Positions 27,670 through 37,979 are shown, numbered from the stretch's first letter. The stretch is 64,000 nt of DNA from an uncultured Candidatus Saccharibacteria bacterium (GCA_964394505.1 CAYMXR010000001.1:9878-73877); one strand, 5' to 3'. Made by a program: numbers and translations. Notes: generated from the sequence alone by a model not told the origin.

Positions 27670-27874
27670 AAAACCACCTCCTCAATACCCCAATTCACAA
27701 TGCCAGGCTTTCAGGCGGACACATCGGTTTCAACCGACACGTCGTTACAAGCAAAGAGATGGGTAGGGGAAATTTACGCACATCTAGTGTGAAATTACAT
27801 CTAATAATGGTGTCTGTCAAGTTCAATTAAAATCACGGGCGTGTTAAATTGGTATTGCTTGGCGATGTCGCTTG

Positions 27875-27895
27875 TCTCGAGTTTATCGAGAGAGA
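27875..27895. repeat. CTCGAG-family hairpin TCTCGAGTTTATCGAGAGA, immediately followed by a GACCTCGCC half-site
   Basis: Seen directly in the sequence. Confidence 0.5.
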
Positions 27896-28013
27896 CCTCG
27901 CCCGAAGCACCTTATCAATTAATACTCACCCCCAGATACACAGGTTTTTGTGGCAAATTTTTGCAAAGCGTTTCAAAAACAAAATTTGCAATCTGTAATC
28001 TCGGGATGAGTTT

Positions 28014-28044
28014 CGCTTCCGGCGAGGTCGGACCTCGCCGGAAA
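28014..28044. repeat. Extended perfect palindrome TTCCGGCGAGGTC-G-GACCTCGCCGGAA (copy D), 10 nt upstream of the pnp ATG
   Basis: 13+1+13 palindrome. Confidence 0.8.
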
Positions 28045-28054
28045 CAACAAAAAA

Positions 28055-30205
28055 ATGAATAAAAAAGAATATACGCTCGAGATCGGTTCGAAAACTCTTA
28101 CAGCAGAGTTCAACGATATCACCGATCAGACAAACGGGGCAGTGATGCTTCGCTACGGTAACACCGTCGTCCTAGCCACAGCCGTCATGGGCAAGGAACC
28201 AAAAGATGGTGACTTTTTTCCACTTACAGTCGATTACGAGGAAAGGTTTTATGCCACTGGCAAGATTCTCGGTTCTAGATTTATGCGTAGAGAAGGTAGA
28301 CCTTCGACCGAAGCTATTCTCTCCGGAAGAATAGTCGACCGTACTATCCGCCCTCTCTTCAATCAAAAAATGCGTCACGAAGTACAGGTAGTGCTTACAA
28401 CATTGTCCATAGGCGATGAGGACGCAGATTCTGTTTCGGTTATTGCCGCTTCTCTTGCTCTAGGAACTTCTGATATTCCATGGAATGGACCAGCATCGGC
28501 CATCAGAATTGGAAAAAAGGAAACTTATGTTATCAATCCGGAAACCAAGGACCGTGAAGGTGCAGATGTAGCGTTGGACATGATCGCTTGCGGAAAAGAT
28601 GGCATGATCAATATGATCGAAGTCGGAAGTAAAGAGGTTAGCGAAGAAACAGTAAACGAGGCTCTTGCTATCGCTTCAACAGAAATCGAAAAAATCCAGA
28701 CTTGGCAAAAAAAGATCATTGCAGATATCGGAAAAGAAAAGAAGATTGTCGAATTGCCAGTTGCAACCGAGGGAACAAAAGAATTATTTGAGGCGGAGAT
28801 TGCTCCCAAATTGAAAAAGTATGTCTTCAGTGGTCCAGGGAAAAAGAAATTGGAAGAAATCACCGATGAGTGGATGAAAATATTTATAGAAAAATTCCCA
28901 GAAGGAAATACTGGCATGGCTATGGAAATATTTGAGGAAGCTGTAAACGACTTGCTTCACAATGAAGCGATCGAGAATGACAAACGCCCTGATGGCAGAA
29001 CAATGGACGAAGTCCGGCCACTATTTGCACGAGCTGGTGGCATATCACCAATTCTTCATGGTTCGGGAATATTTTACCGAGGTGGAACGCATGTTTTATC
29101 TATCCTTACACTCGGATCTCCCGGAGATGCTCTTCTCATCGACGGCCTCACCATGCAAGAAAACAAAAGATTTATGCACCACTACAACTTCCCACCATTT
29201 TCGACAGGAGAGGTTGGTCGCATGGGTGGAACAAATAGAAGAATGATTGGACACGGTGCTTTGGCAGAAAAAGCTTTATTGGCAGTCATACCAGACAAAG
29301 ATAAATTCCCATATACAATCCGTCTAGTGTCCGAAGCTTTGGCCTCAAACGGATCAACTTCAATGGGTTCGGTTTGCGGATCTACTCTCGCCCTCATGGA
29401 TGGTGGTGTTCCAATAAAAGCTCCTGTTGCTGGCATTGCATCTGGTCTTATGATGTCACCAAACTTTGCTCGAGACGGTAAATACAAAGTTCTTACTGAC
29501 ATCCAAGGCCCAGAAGATCATCATGGTGATATGGACTTCAAAGTCGCTGGTACTAGAAACGGGATCACGGCGGTCCAAATGGATGTTAAAGTTGGCGGTA
29601 TTCCTCTCAAAATCCTAGCTGAAGCTTTCGTCAAAGCCAAAAATGCCCGATCCAAAATTCTCGATGTTATAGAAAAAGAAATTCCTGCTTCTCGTGAAAA
29701 AATTTCTCCAAATGCTCCAGAAATTATTGTTATGAAAATAAAACCAGATCAGATTGGTTTAGTCATAGGCACTGGAGGCAAAACTATAAATGAAATTCGT
29801 GAGGTTACCAAAGTGGAAGATATAACCATAGAAGACGACGGGACTGTATTTATTACCGGTAAAAATGAAACTGCACAGAAAGCAAAAGATATCATCTATG
29901 GAATGACAAGGGAATATTTACCAGGAGAGAAATTTGACGGGGAAGTAGTCCGACTTATGGACTTCGGCGCTTTCGTAAAAATTGGACCAAATGCCGAAGG
30001 ATTGGTACATGTCTCAGAGATTGCCCCATTCCGCGTGGAAAGAGTTGAAACTTATATCAAGGAAGGGGACATCGTTCCTGTTGCGGTCAAAGAAAAAGAT
30101 GAAAAGGGAAGATTGAATCTATCGATCAAGAACGCAAACCCGACATTCTTTACTAAAAAAGAAGAGATGCCAAAACCAAAGTCAGAGTTTAAGAAAAGGT
30201 TTTAG
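28055..30205 (+). CDS. pnp: Polyribonucleotide nucleotidyltransferase (PNPase)
   Basis: 716 aa; two RNase PH domains, KH and S1 domains. Confidence 0.95.
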   Translation: MNKKEYTLEIGSKTLTAEFNDITDQTNGAVMLRYGNTVVLATAVMGKEPKDGDFFPLTVDYEERFYATGKILGSRFMRREGRPSTEAILSGRIVDRTIRPLFNQKMRHEVQVVLTTLSIGDEDADSVSVIAASLALGTSDIPWNGPASAIRIGKKETYVINPETKDREGADVALDMIACGKDGMINMIEVGSKEVSEETVNEALAIASTEIEKIQTWQKKIIADIGKEKKIVELPVATEGTKELFEAEIAPKLKKYVFSGPGKKKLEEITDEWMKIFIEKFPEGNTGMAMEIFEEAVNDLLHNEAIENDKRPDGRTMDEVRPLFARAGGISPILHGSGIFYRGGTHVLSILTLGSPGDALLIDGLTMQENKRFMHHYNFPPFSTGEVGRMGGTNRRMIGHGALAEKALLAVIPDKDKFPYTIRLVSEALASNGSTSMGSVCGSTLALMDGGVPIKAPVAGIASGLMMSPNFARDGKYKVLTDIQGPEDHHGDMDFKVAGTRNGITAVQMDVKVGGIPLKILAEAFVKAKNARSKILDVIEKEIPASREKISPNAPEIIVMKIKPDQIGLVIGTGGKTINEIREVTKVEDITIEDDGTVFITGKNETAQKAKDIIYGMTREYLPGEKFDGEVVRLMDFGAFVKIGPNAEGLVHVSEIAPFRVERVETYIKEGDIVPVAVKEKDEKGRLNLSIKNANPTFFTKKEEMPKPKSEFKKRF

Positions 30206-30206
30206 G

Positions 30207-30300
30207 AGAGAGGTAGGAGCTAAGAGGTAAGAGTTAAGAATTTAACACGCTGGGCTTTCCTCTTACCTACTAACTCCTACCTCTTAACTCTAACTCTCTG
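30207..30300 (+). terminator. Large imperfect hairpin with ~40-nt arms built from GTAAGAG/CTAAGAG-like 7-mers; probable pnp terminator
   Basis: GAGAGAGGTAGGAGCTAAGAGGTAAGAGTTAAG pairs with CTTAACTCTAACTCTC... downstream. Confidence 0.5.
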
Positions 30301-30301
30301 T

Positions 30302-30307
30302 TATAAT
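30302..30307 (+). promoter_or_regulatory. -10 TATAAT 6 nt upstream of the ATG at 30314 (leaderless)
   Basis: Consensus hexamer. Confidence 0.35.
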
Positions 30308-30313
30308 ATACGC

Positions 30314-31651
30314 ATGAGTGATGACCCTATCTTAAACAAACCAGCACTAGACATGACAAGTACCGATACGGACAATGATGCCGCCGAAGAAAATGCCGGC
30401 CCAAAAATATTCGACATTACTCCTGATCTCAATATTGCACCAGCGAAAGACGAGGTAACAGAAGATACCACCAAGATAAATGCCGCTCAAATTCTTGAGA
30501 GCATATCAAAAAAACCAGAAGTTGCCCCTGTGCCAGAAGAACCAAAACCAACCGTGTTGCCTGCTTTTGGCCCCGCAAACCCACCTGCAAAAACCGTCGG
30601 TTTCAGTAGACCATTGGTCACTGGAGAAGTAGAAAAAAAAGCTAGAACATTGCAACAAGCTATCAGTGAAAATATAGATCCATTATCTCAAAAACGAAAG
30701 ATGCCTGAGATCCATCCAGACCTAAAATCTATCCGAACCTATGAAAAAGATTTCGCCGAGGCTATATCAAAAAAGCACATATCTACAGCATCATTCGTAA
30801 TAGCAGAAGACAAAAAGAAAGTAGCGGATCTAGCAACAGACTCTTCTATAGATGAGAGAACTGGACAGCCAAATACAAAAATTTCCAAAAATTCATCCAG
30901 CAAAAAATGGTTTTTGGGTATTACTAGCCTGATTTTAATTTGCGGAGCTTTGTTTTCTGGTTATTATCTTTACTCAAATAGTTCACTAGCCCCAGTCAAA
31001 CAGCCAACAGACACGACCAACAATTCACCCCTTATACCAAACTCAATAATCAAGCCAGATAGTAAGTCGATAATCAATATCGACAATAAAAGACAGAGCG
31101 AGATAATATCGACAACCAAAGATGAGATAAGCAAAGACCAGACCAAAGACTCTATTAAAGAAATTGTTTTTATCCAACAAAAAGGGAACGATCAGGTTAA
31201 GGTTACAGCAAATGACATACTAAAGACCATGAATATAAGTGCTCCGGATATCTTCCAAAGATCTCTCGGTTCAGATTGGATGTTAGGTGTCTATACTGGA
31301 GAGCTTGGACAAAAAAATGCATTCGTAATCACAACCAACGACTTTTTCCAAAACGCTTTTGCAGGAATAATTCAATGGGAAAAAACACTTCCTGAAGACC
31401 TTAAACAATTCCTATACTCACCAATAGTAGGACAGGACGGATCATCGACCTCAACAACAAGTTATACTTTGCGTGGCAAATTTGAGGACCGCCTTATATT
31501 AAACAAAGATGTTCGGGAATACGTAACAGATAATGGACATATCATGTTCTTGTATTCATTTATAGGTAATGACAAATTGGTAATTACAAACAACGAAGAA
31601 GCGCTGCAGGAGATCATTACAAGACTTGAAAATAATACTCCTGTAAGGTAA
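30314..31651 (+). CDS. Hypothetical membrane-anchored protein (acidic, disordered N-terminus, one TM, C-terminal globular domain)
   Basis: TM WFLGITSLILICGALFSGYYLY. Confidence 0.45.
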   Translation: MSDDPILNKPALDMTSTDTDNDAAEENAGPKIFDITPDLNIAPAKDEVTEDTTKINAAQILESISKKPEVAPVPEEPKPTVLPAFGPANPPAKTVGFSRPLVTGEVEKKARTLQQAISENIDPLSQKRKMPEIHPDLKSIRTYEKDFAEAISKKHISTASFVIAEDKKKVADLATDSSIDERTGQPNTKISKNSSSKKWFLGITSLILICGALFSGYYLYSNSSLAPVKQPTDTTNNSPLIPNSIIKPDSKSIINIDNKRQSEIISTTKDEISKDQTKDSIKEIVFIQQKGNDQVKVTANDILKTMNISAPDIFQRSLGSDWMLGVYTGELGQKNAFVITTNDFFQNAFAGIIQWEKTLPEDLKQFLYSPIVGQDGSSTSTTSYTLRGKFEDRLILNKDVREYVTDNGHIMFLYSFIGNDKLVITNNEEALQEIITRLENNTPVR

Positions 31652-31660
31652 AATACCGTC

Positions 31661-32023
31661 ATGAATAAAAAAGATTTAGAATATTTCAAAGCTAAATTAT
31701 TGGCAGAGAAATCTCAGTTGGAAGAAGAACTTTCCGAAGTTGCCTACAAAGATCCATCGCTAGCACAAGGGTGGGAGGCTACATCCGGAGGAATGGTTGT
31801 TGATTCTGCAGATGACAATGAAGTTGCCGATAAATTTGAAGAAATGGAGGGTAACAAAGATGTCACTGACAAACTTGCTGTTCAATTGGAAATGGTAAAC
31901 TCTGCTCTAGAAAACATCGATTCAAACACTTACGGTATTTGCCGTACTTGCAATAAGCCTATTGAAAGGGGTCGCCTCGAAGCAAATCCTTCTGCAAAAG
32001 GTTGCGTTGTGCATTCAAGCTAA
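31661..32023 (+). CDS. DksA/TraR-family zinc-finger protein
   Basis: Coiled-coil N-terminus plus C-terminal CRTC...GC motif. Confidence 0.55.
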   Translation: MNKKDLEYFKAKLLAEKSQLEEELSEVAYKDPSLAQGWEATSGGMVVDSADDNEVADKFEEMEGNKDVTDKLAVQLEMVNSALENIDSNTYGICRTCNKPIERGRLEANPSAKGCVVHSS

Positions 32024-32090
32024 GATTTTCTTCATCGTTTCTTTATCAGAAATTCATCAGGATTTTATCTCTCTTTGATATTATCCATCC

Positions 32091-33614
32091 ATGGGTTTAG
32101 CAAAATCATTTAGCGCCCAACTTGTCGGACTAAAATCCGAGGTGGTGAATATCGAGGTAGATATAACAAATGGTCTACATTCTTTTTCTGTGGTTGGATT
32201 GGGCGATAGAGCAGTAGAAGAATCAAAAGACCGCATTGCAGCTGCGATCAAAAACAGCGGTTTCGTCTCGCCGAAACAGAAAAATCAAAAGATCGTCATA
32301 TCATTGGCACCAGCAGACATTCGCAAAGAAGGGCCATCTTTCGATCTTGGCATGGCCCTATCTTACCTTTTGGCAAGTGAAGAGATAGATTTTGAACCAG
32401 AAGGAAAACTGTTTTTGGGCGAATTGTCACTTGAGGGTAGGCTTTGCAAAATACATGGCATATTACCAATCTTATGTCAGGCCAGATCTCAGGGTTTTAC
32501 CGAGGCATATATTTCCATGGATAATTCAGAAGAGTCCTCACTTGCGGAAGACATAACAGTCTATCCAGCCAGATCACTAAATGAAGTCATCGAACATCTT
32601 ACAGGAAAAAAAATTATTAGCCCAAATCCGAAAAAATATATTTCGAATGACACAAAAGATGAAAAAGATCTTGATATGTGTAACATAAAAGGCAACGAAG
32701 TGGCAAAAAGGGGTCTAGAGATAGCCGCTGCAGGTGCACACAACATCATAATGTGTGGACCGCCAGGTACAGGCAAGACCATGTTAGCCAAATCATTTTC
32801 TTCTATACTTCCAGACCTTTCGTATGAACAAGCAATAGAAGTCACCAGTATCCATTCTGTCGCCCAAAATCTAAACAAAGGTTTTATTCACAAACCACCT
32901 TTCCGCTCTCCACATCATACAGCCTCTTATCCATCTATCGTTGGGGGTGGAGGATTCCCAAAACCAGGGGAGATCACCCTTGCTCATCGAGGAGTTTTAT
33001 TTCTAGATGAATTCCCAGAGTTCCACAAAAGTGTTATCGAAGCTCTTCGTCAACCACTTGAAGATCGAATCATTACAATATCAAGAGCTAGGGGAGTAAT
33101 AACCTTTCCTGCCCAATGTATTTTGATAGCATCTATGAATCCTTGTCCTTGTGGAAAGGGTAGTGGCAACGGCTGTACCTGTACAATGAAATCATTAGGA
33201 GCCTATCAGCACAAAATATCTGGGCCAATATTCGACCGACTAGATGTTTGGTTGAATATCAACAAAATAGACTACGCAAAATTATCAAACAAAGAATCAA
33301 ATGCAGAAAAATCTATAACGATAAGAGAACGAGTGATCAAAGCAAGGGAAATTCAAAAAAGACGATTTGCTTCAAATAACATAAATAAGATTTTTAATTC
33401 CGAAATGAGTGCTTCCGATCTCGAAAACATTATCAATATAGAAGAGAGCGCGCGGTCCACTCTGACAAAATCAGCAGAAAAAATGGAGTTATCTGGAAGA
33501 TCTTTTCACCGAATTATAAAAATGTCCCAGACCATCGCAGATCTAGCAGGATCAGAATCCATAACAAATGAGCATATACTAGAGGCTTTGCAGTATAGAC
33601 AAAAAATACTCTAG
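32091..33614 (+). CDS. comM: YifB/ComM family Mg-chelatase-like AAA+ ATPase
   Basis: Lon-like N-terminal domain, Walker A MCGPPGTGKTM, and a C-terminal ChlI-type domain. Confidence 0.85.
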   Translation: MGLAKSFSAQLVGLKSEVVNIEVDITNGLHSFSVVGLGDRAVEESKDRIAAAIKNSGFVSPKQKNQKIVISLAPADIRKEGPSFDLGMALSYLLASEEIDFEPEGKLFLGELSLEGRLCKIHGILPILCQARSQGFTEAYISMDNSEESSLAEDITVYPARSLNEVIEHLTGKKIISPNPKKYISNDTKDEKDLDMCNIKGNEVAKRGLEIAAAGAHNIIMCGPPGTGKTMLAKSFSSILPDLSYEQAIEVTSIHSVAQNLNKGFIHKPPFRSPHHTASYPSIVGGGGFPKPGEITLAHRGVLFLDEFPEFHKSVIEALRQPLEDRIITISRARGVITFPAQCILIASMNPCPCGKGSGNGCTCTMKSLGAYQHKISGPIFDRLDVWLNINKIDYAKLSNKESNAEKSITIRERVIKAREIQKRRFASNNINKIFNSEMSASDLENIINIEESARSTLTKSAEKMELSGRSFHRIIKMSQTIADLAGSESITNEHILEALQYRQKIL

Positions 33615-33624
33615 TTGCTTGGGA

Positions 33625-34704
33625 CTAATGACATGCTCCACTAGCAAAAGGATTTCGTGCTCCACGAATTTCGTAATGAAGATGTGGTCCAGTGGTCATA
33701 CCAGAGATACCGATATATCCAATCTTATCACCCTTTGAGACTTTGTCCCCAACATCTACTATACTTTTCTGCATATGGGCGTATAGAGTCTGAGTTCCAT
33801 TATTATGAGAAATAACAATAAAATTACCGTAACCACCATTCCATGTTCCGTTTGATTTGCTGATCATAACCACTCCATCAGCCGAAGCTAAAATCGGAGT
33901 ACCGACTGGCGCGGCCAAATCAATGGCGTTGCGACCATGCAGAGACTGAGACAATCTTGCGCCATAAACTGGACAATTGTAGTAACCGGCATATGAAGGA
34001 AGTTTGCTAATATTTACTAGCAAAGGATCATCCGGCACAATCATTCCATTCAATGCCCGAACCACGACCGATGAAGTGGTAATGTCTCCATCAGGAATAA
34101 TTATACTTTGGCCAACGACTAGCTTGTTAGACGAATCGAGATCATTGTAATTGTAAATTTCGTTTACATCGGCCCTAAATTTCTTTGCGATGCTTACAAC
34201 CGTATCATCCTTTCGAATTGTGTATTTAACTCCAGTAACAGGCAAAATTGTTAAAGTTTGGCCGACTTTAATAGTTGATTTGCTATTGAGGTCGTTTGCC
34301 CAAAGAACGGTGTTTCTCGACACATTAAACATCTTGGCTATACTTGCAATCGTATCACCTTCTTGAACTGTATATATACTAATCAAGTTGGAAGGTTTTG
34401 TTGACTCTGACGAGTTGGTACTGGCAATATCAGCAATCAATGTCTCGCCACCAGAAACCGGTACAGCATCAAAGGCTTTGTCCGGATTAGGGTCGATATT
34501 AACGGCCGCCATAGGTAACACCGCTCTTGAAGAATAAGTGAGAGTCTCGACACTGACTTTTGCAGATGCTTTTTCTCCTGGGAAGATAGAAGAAAAAAGA
34601 CCGGCATGAACGGTCGACACTGACATCATAGCAACAACCAAAGAGCAGGAAATGACTGCAAGAAAATTGCTTAACTTATTTATCTTTTTTAGAATTAATT
34701 GCAT
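33625..34704 (-). CDS. LysM-domain M23 family peptidoglycan endopeptidase
   Basis: Two LysM repeats (YTVQEGDTIASIAKMF, YTIRKDDTVVSIAKKF) and the M23 HxxxD/HLH motifs (GPHLHYEIR). Confidence 0.8.
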   Translation of the reverse strand: MQLILKKINKLSNFLAVISCSLVVAMMSVSTVHAGLFSSIFPGEKASAKVSVETLTYSSRAVLPMAAVNIDPNPDKAFDAVPVSGGETLIADIASTNSSESTKPSNLISIYTVQEGDTIASIAKMFNVSRNTVLWANDLNSKSTIKVGQTLTILPVTGVKYTIRKDDTVVSIAKKFRADVNEIYNYNDLDSSNKLVVGQSIIIPDGDITTSSVVVRALNGMIVPDDPLLVNISKLPSYAGYYNCPVYGARLSQSLHGRNAIDLAAPVGTPILASADGVVMISKSNGTWNGGYGNFIVISHNNGTQTLYAHMQKSIVDVGDKVSKGDKIGYIGISGMTTGPHLHYEIRGARNPFASGACH

Positions 34705-34981
34705 AACAATATTTATATCTTGGCAATAGCAAACATCGATCTCTTGTCCTGTTTTTAAGATATTCTTACAGATAAAAATGGCTCTAATTGGCCATATTTA
34801 TTATTCAATCCATGATGGATCTATTTAGGTTATCAATAAGGACTTTATTGTCAATGATTGCTATACACAGATATTTTATTTGCATACCTGTCAAAAATTA
34901 TTGGGTGATTAGTATTCTGGTATTGTCCGGATTCAAAGGTTAGTCTTTTGTTAGAGTCTGCGCGATCAACTGTGTTAAACT

Positions 34982-36922
34982 ATGCCAATGCCATCACTAA
35001 ATGAAGCTCAGGAGCGAGCAGTAAGCACAACCGAGGGTCCGGTTTTGATCGTGGCTGGGGCCGGAACAGGCAAGACCAGGGTCATTACCCACAGAATCCT
35101 AAATCTGATCAAGGCGGGTACAGCACCTCATTCTATTTTAGCCATTACTTTTACCAACAAAGCGGCAAGCGAGATGCGCGAAAGAGTCTTACATCTGATT
35201 TCAGAAGACCAAGACCTCAATCTACCAGTAACTATGAATGAACGGCCTTTCGTTAGTACTTTTCACTCTCTTGGTGTCCATATCATCAGAGAAAACGCCT
35301 CTTTGTTAGGACTTACAAGACATTTCACTATATTCGATCGAGGAGACTCAAAAAGGGCAATCAAGGAGTCTTTGGAGCAATCATCTTTGGATCCAAAACA
35401 ATACGATCCTGGAACAATCTTAAACATGATTTCTCGTGCAAAAGGGGAAGGTCTCGGGTATTTGGAATATCGAGATCATGCAAAAGGATATATGGAAGAG
35501 ATTGTCTCTCAAGTCTGGGAAAAATACGATGCAATATTGAGCAAAGAAAAAGCTTTGGACTTTGATGATCTGCTTCTAAAGACAGCCTCTCTATTAGAAA
35601 AAAATCAAGATGTTCGGAAACATTACGGTTCAATCTGGAAATATATCCACGTTGACGAATATCAAGATACCAACCGAGTTCAATACAAGATCGCAAAATA
35701 TCTCGCTGAATATCATCACAATATTTGTGTCGTTGGTGATGCGGATCAAAATATATATAGCTGGAGAGGTGCAACGATAGAAAATATTCTAAACTTTGAA
35801 AAAGATTATCCAGAAGCAACTATTATTACTCTAGAAAAAAACTATCGCTCAACAAAAAACATCTTATCAGCCGCCAATAATGTTATAGAAAAAAACAGGC
35901 AGAGGAAGAAAAAGACTTTGTTTACCGATAACGATAGTGGAGAAAAGATCTCTCTATCAGTTTCTTACACCGAGCAAGACGAGGCAAGAAATATAGCGGA
36001 TATGACGCGAGACCTTGTCGAAAAAGGCATATCGGCTAGAAATATAGCCGTTCTTTATCGAACAAACTTCCAATCACGAGTGCTAGAAGAATACTTCATA
36101 AAAAAGAACTTGCCATACCAACTTGTTGGTGTCCGATTTTTCGAAAGAAAAGAAATAAAAGATGTTCTATCTTACATCAAAGCTTCACTAAACAGAGATA
36201 GTTGGAATGATATCGGAAGAATTATCAATGTCCCAGTTCGTGGAATAGGGAAGGCTACTGTAGCAAAGATAATGTCAAAGAGAGAAGATCTATTACCAGA
36301 AGGAATGCGGGTCAAAATCAATAACTTTTGGAAATTACTCGATGATATTAATAAAGAAATAAAAGAGAAAAAACCATCGGAGGTGGTAAAATTTGTGATA
36401 GAAGAAACTGGATTGGAAAAATCTTTGCGTGATGGTACGGCGGAGGATGAAGAAAGATTATTGAACATCCGAGAACTAGTAACAGTGGCAACGGGCTATG
36501 ATCATTTGCCCGGCGAAGAAGGTATCGAATCATTTCTGACAAATTCGGCTCTAGCATCAGATCAAGATGATCTCGAAAGAGATACTGATGCTGTGAAACT
36601 GATGACGGTTCATGCTTCTAAGGGTCTAGAATTTGAATATGTTTTTATTGCCGGAATGGAACAAGATCTGTTTCCGTTTAAACATTTACAAGAGGAAAAT
36701 ATCAACGAATCAGAAGAAGAGGAGGAACGACGGCTCTTTTATGTGGCCCTAACAAGGGCCAAAAAGAAGGTTTTTCTTAGTTATACGATCATAAGAAGCA
36801 TATATGGAGCCCAAAAAGTGAATACTCCCTCGGAATTTATCGATGATATAGAGAAAAGTCTAATTGAAGAGGCGGTGCCAGATAAACCAAGTGGGGCAAA
36901 AGCGCTATTCATAGATTTTTGA
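34982..36922 (+). CDS. pcrA: ATP-dependent DNA helicase, UvrD/PcrA/Rep family
   Basis: Motif I AGAGTGKTRVITHRI, motif II DEYQDTN, and the remaining SF1 helicase motifs. Confidence 0.9.
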   Translation: MPMPSLNEAQERAVSTTEGPVLIVAGAGTGKTRVITHRILNLIKAGTAPHSILAITFTNKAASEMRERVLHLISEDQDLNLPVTMNERPFVSTFHSLGVHIIRENASLLGLTRHFTIFDRGDSKRAIKESLEQSSLDPKQYDPGTILNMISRAKGEGLGYLEYRDHAKGYMEEIVSQVWEKYDAILSKEKALDFDDLLLKTASLLEKNQDVRKHYGSIWKYIHVDEYQDTNRVQYKIAKYLAEYHHNICVVGDADQNIYSWRGATIENILNFEKDYPEATIITLEKNYRSTKNILSAANNVIEKNRQRKKKTLFTDNDSGEKISLSVSYTEQDEARNIADMTRDLVEKGISARNIAVLYRTNFQSRVLEEYFIKKNLPYQLVGVRFFERKEIKDVLSYIKASLNRDSWNDIGRIINVPVRGIGKATVAKIMSKREDLLPEGMRVKINNFWKLLDDINKEIKEKKPSEVVKFVIEETGLEKSLRDGTAEDEERLLNIRELVTVATGYDHLPGEEGIESFLTNSALASDQDDLERDTDAVKLMTVHASKGLEFEYVFIAGMEQDLFPFKHLQEENINESEEEEERRLFYVALTRAKKKVFLSYTIIRSIYGAQKVNTPSEFIDDIEKSLIEEAVPDKPSGAKALFIDF

Positions 36923-36947
36923 TTGTTTCGTTGTGCCAATCGTTCCG

Positions 36948-37088
36948 TGTGCCATGTTTTCTCAACCACGATCGGCTCTGCTCGAATAACAGAAACCTCG
37001 CAGAGCCGTCTCTTCTCGCGCCACCTTTTATTGTGTTCAACTCACTCTTCAGTGGCGCTCCGAAGGGGTTTCGAAAACATGGCACACT
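36948..37088. other. 141-nt three-stem structured element: a perfect 15-bp outer stem GTGTGCCATGTTTTC/GAAAACATGGCACAC enclosing 9-bp and 7-bp inner hairpins. Candidate small ncRNA or MITE-like element.
   Basis: Perfect long-range inverted repeat plus internal hairpins in the uvrD-ksgA spacer. Confidence 0.35.
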
Positions 37089-37175
37089 CCACTCTGGCAC
37101 AACGAAAACGATCAAAATCATTTATTGTGACGATAAAAACTAAAACTGGATAGTTATTCACATCGATCATTTTTA

Positions 37176-37979
37176 ATGTATGATAAAGAAACGATGTATT
37201 TACAAGCCAAAAAATCGCTGGGGCAACATTTTCTCAATTCCAGACATGTTTTGGATATTATCATTGAGTGTGCCGAAATTGAAAAAGGGGAACAAATTCT
37301 TGAGATAGGTCCGGGAACAGGAATATTAACGGAAGCATTACTTCTGGCGGGTGCAAATGTAATAGCGATCGAAAAAGATGATCGAGCAATAGATCTACTA
37401 AATGAAAAATTTAGAGGACAAATTTCTTCGAAGCAACTACAAATTATTCGTGGAGATGTTTTGGAAAACACTCCAGACGACCTACCAAAAGACACTTTCA
37501 AAGTTGTTGCCAATATTCCTTACTATATTACCGGAGCAATATTAGAAAAATTTTTAGAAGGCGAGACGAGGCCAACCTCTATGGTTTTATTAGTTCAAAA
37601 AGAGGTAGCCGAAAGGATAGTAGCGCGTGACAGAAAAGAAAGCGTACTTTCTATCTCGGTAAAAGCTTTTGGCGAACCGCGCCTGATCGCAAAAGTCCCA
37701 AGGGGGGCTTTCACACCACCACCAACCGTTGACTCGGCCATTTTGGCTATAGAAAATATTTCTGATGGATTATTTGTAAAGAATGGCCTAGACATAAAGC
37801 GTTTTTTTGAAATAGTCAAAGCCGGTTTTGCTCACAAAAGAAAGTTTGCGATAAGAAATTTGGAAACGGTAGTAGAAAAAGAAAAACTAGAAAAAATTTG
37901 GGAGGCTAGGGGCTATGACCCCAAAATTAGACCTGAAGACATGGCCGTAGGGGACTGGATTGGAATCATACAAGATTAA
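37176..37979 (+). CDS. rsmA: 16S rRNA (adenine1518/1519-N6)-dimethyltransferase
   Basis: LGQHFL...EIGPGTGILT...NIPYYIT. Confidence 0.9.
   Translation: MYDKETMYLQAKKSLGQHFLNSRHVLDIIIECAEIEKGEQILEIGPGTGILTEALLLAGANVIAIEKDDRAIDLLNEKFRGQISSKQLQIIRGDVLENTPDDLPKDTFKVVANIPYYITGAILEKFLEGETRPTSMVLLVQKEVAERIVARDRKESVLSISVKAFGEPRLIAKVPRGAFTPPPTVDSAILAIENISDGLFVKNGLDIKRFFEIVKAGFAHKRKFAIRNLETVVEKEKLEKIWEARGYDPKIRPEDMAVGDWIGIIQD

Noticed and set aside
27031-27792. Multiple plus-strand ORFs in the GC-rich islet
   Set aside because: High GC inflates random ORF length. Only the minus-strand 207-aa ORF has clear TM helices. Even that call is low-confidence.
30207-30300. A repeat array of GTAAGAG-like 7-mers that might be a CRISPR or satellite
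   Set aside because: The units are mirrored into one long imperfect hairpin. This looks like a terminator or structured element, not a repeat-spacer array.
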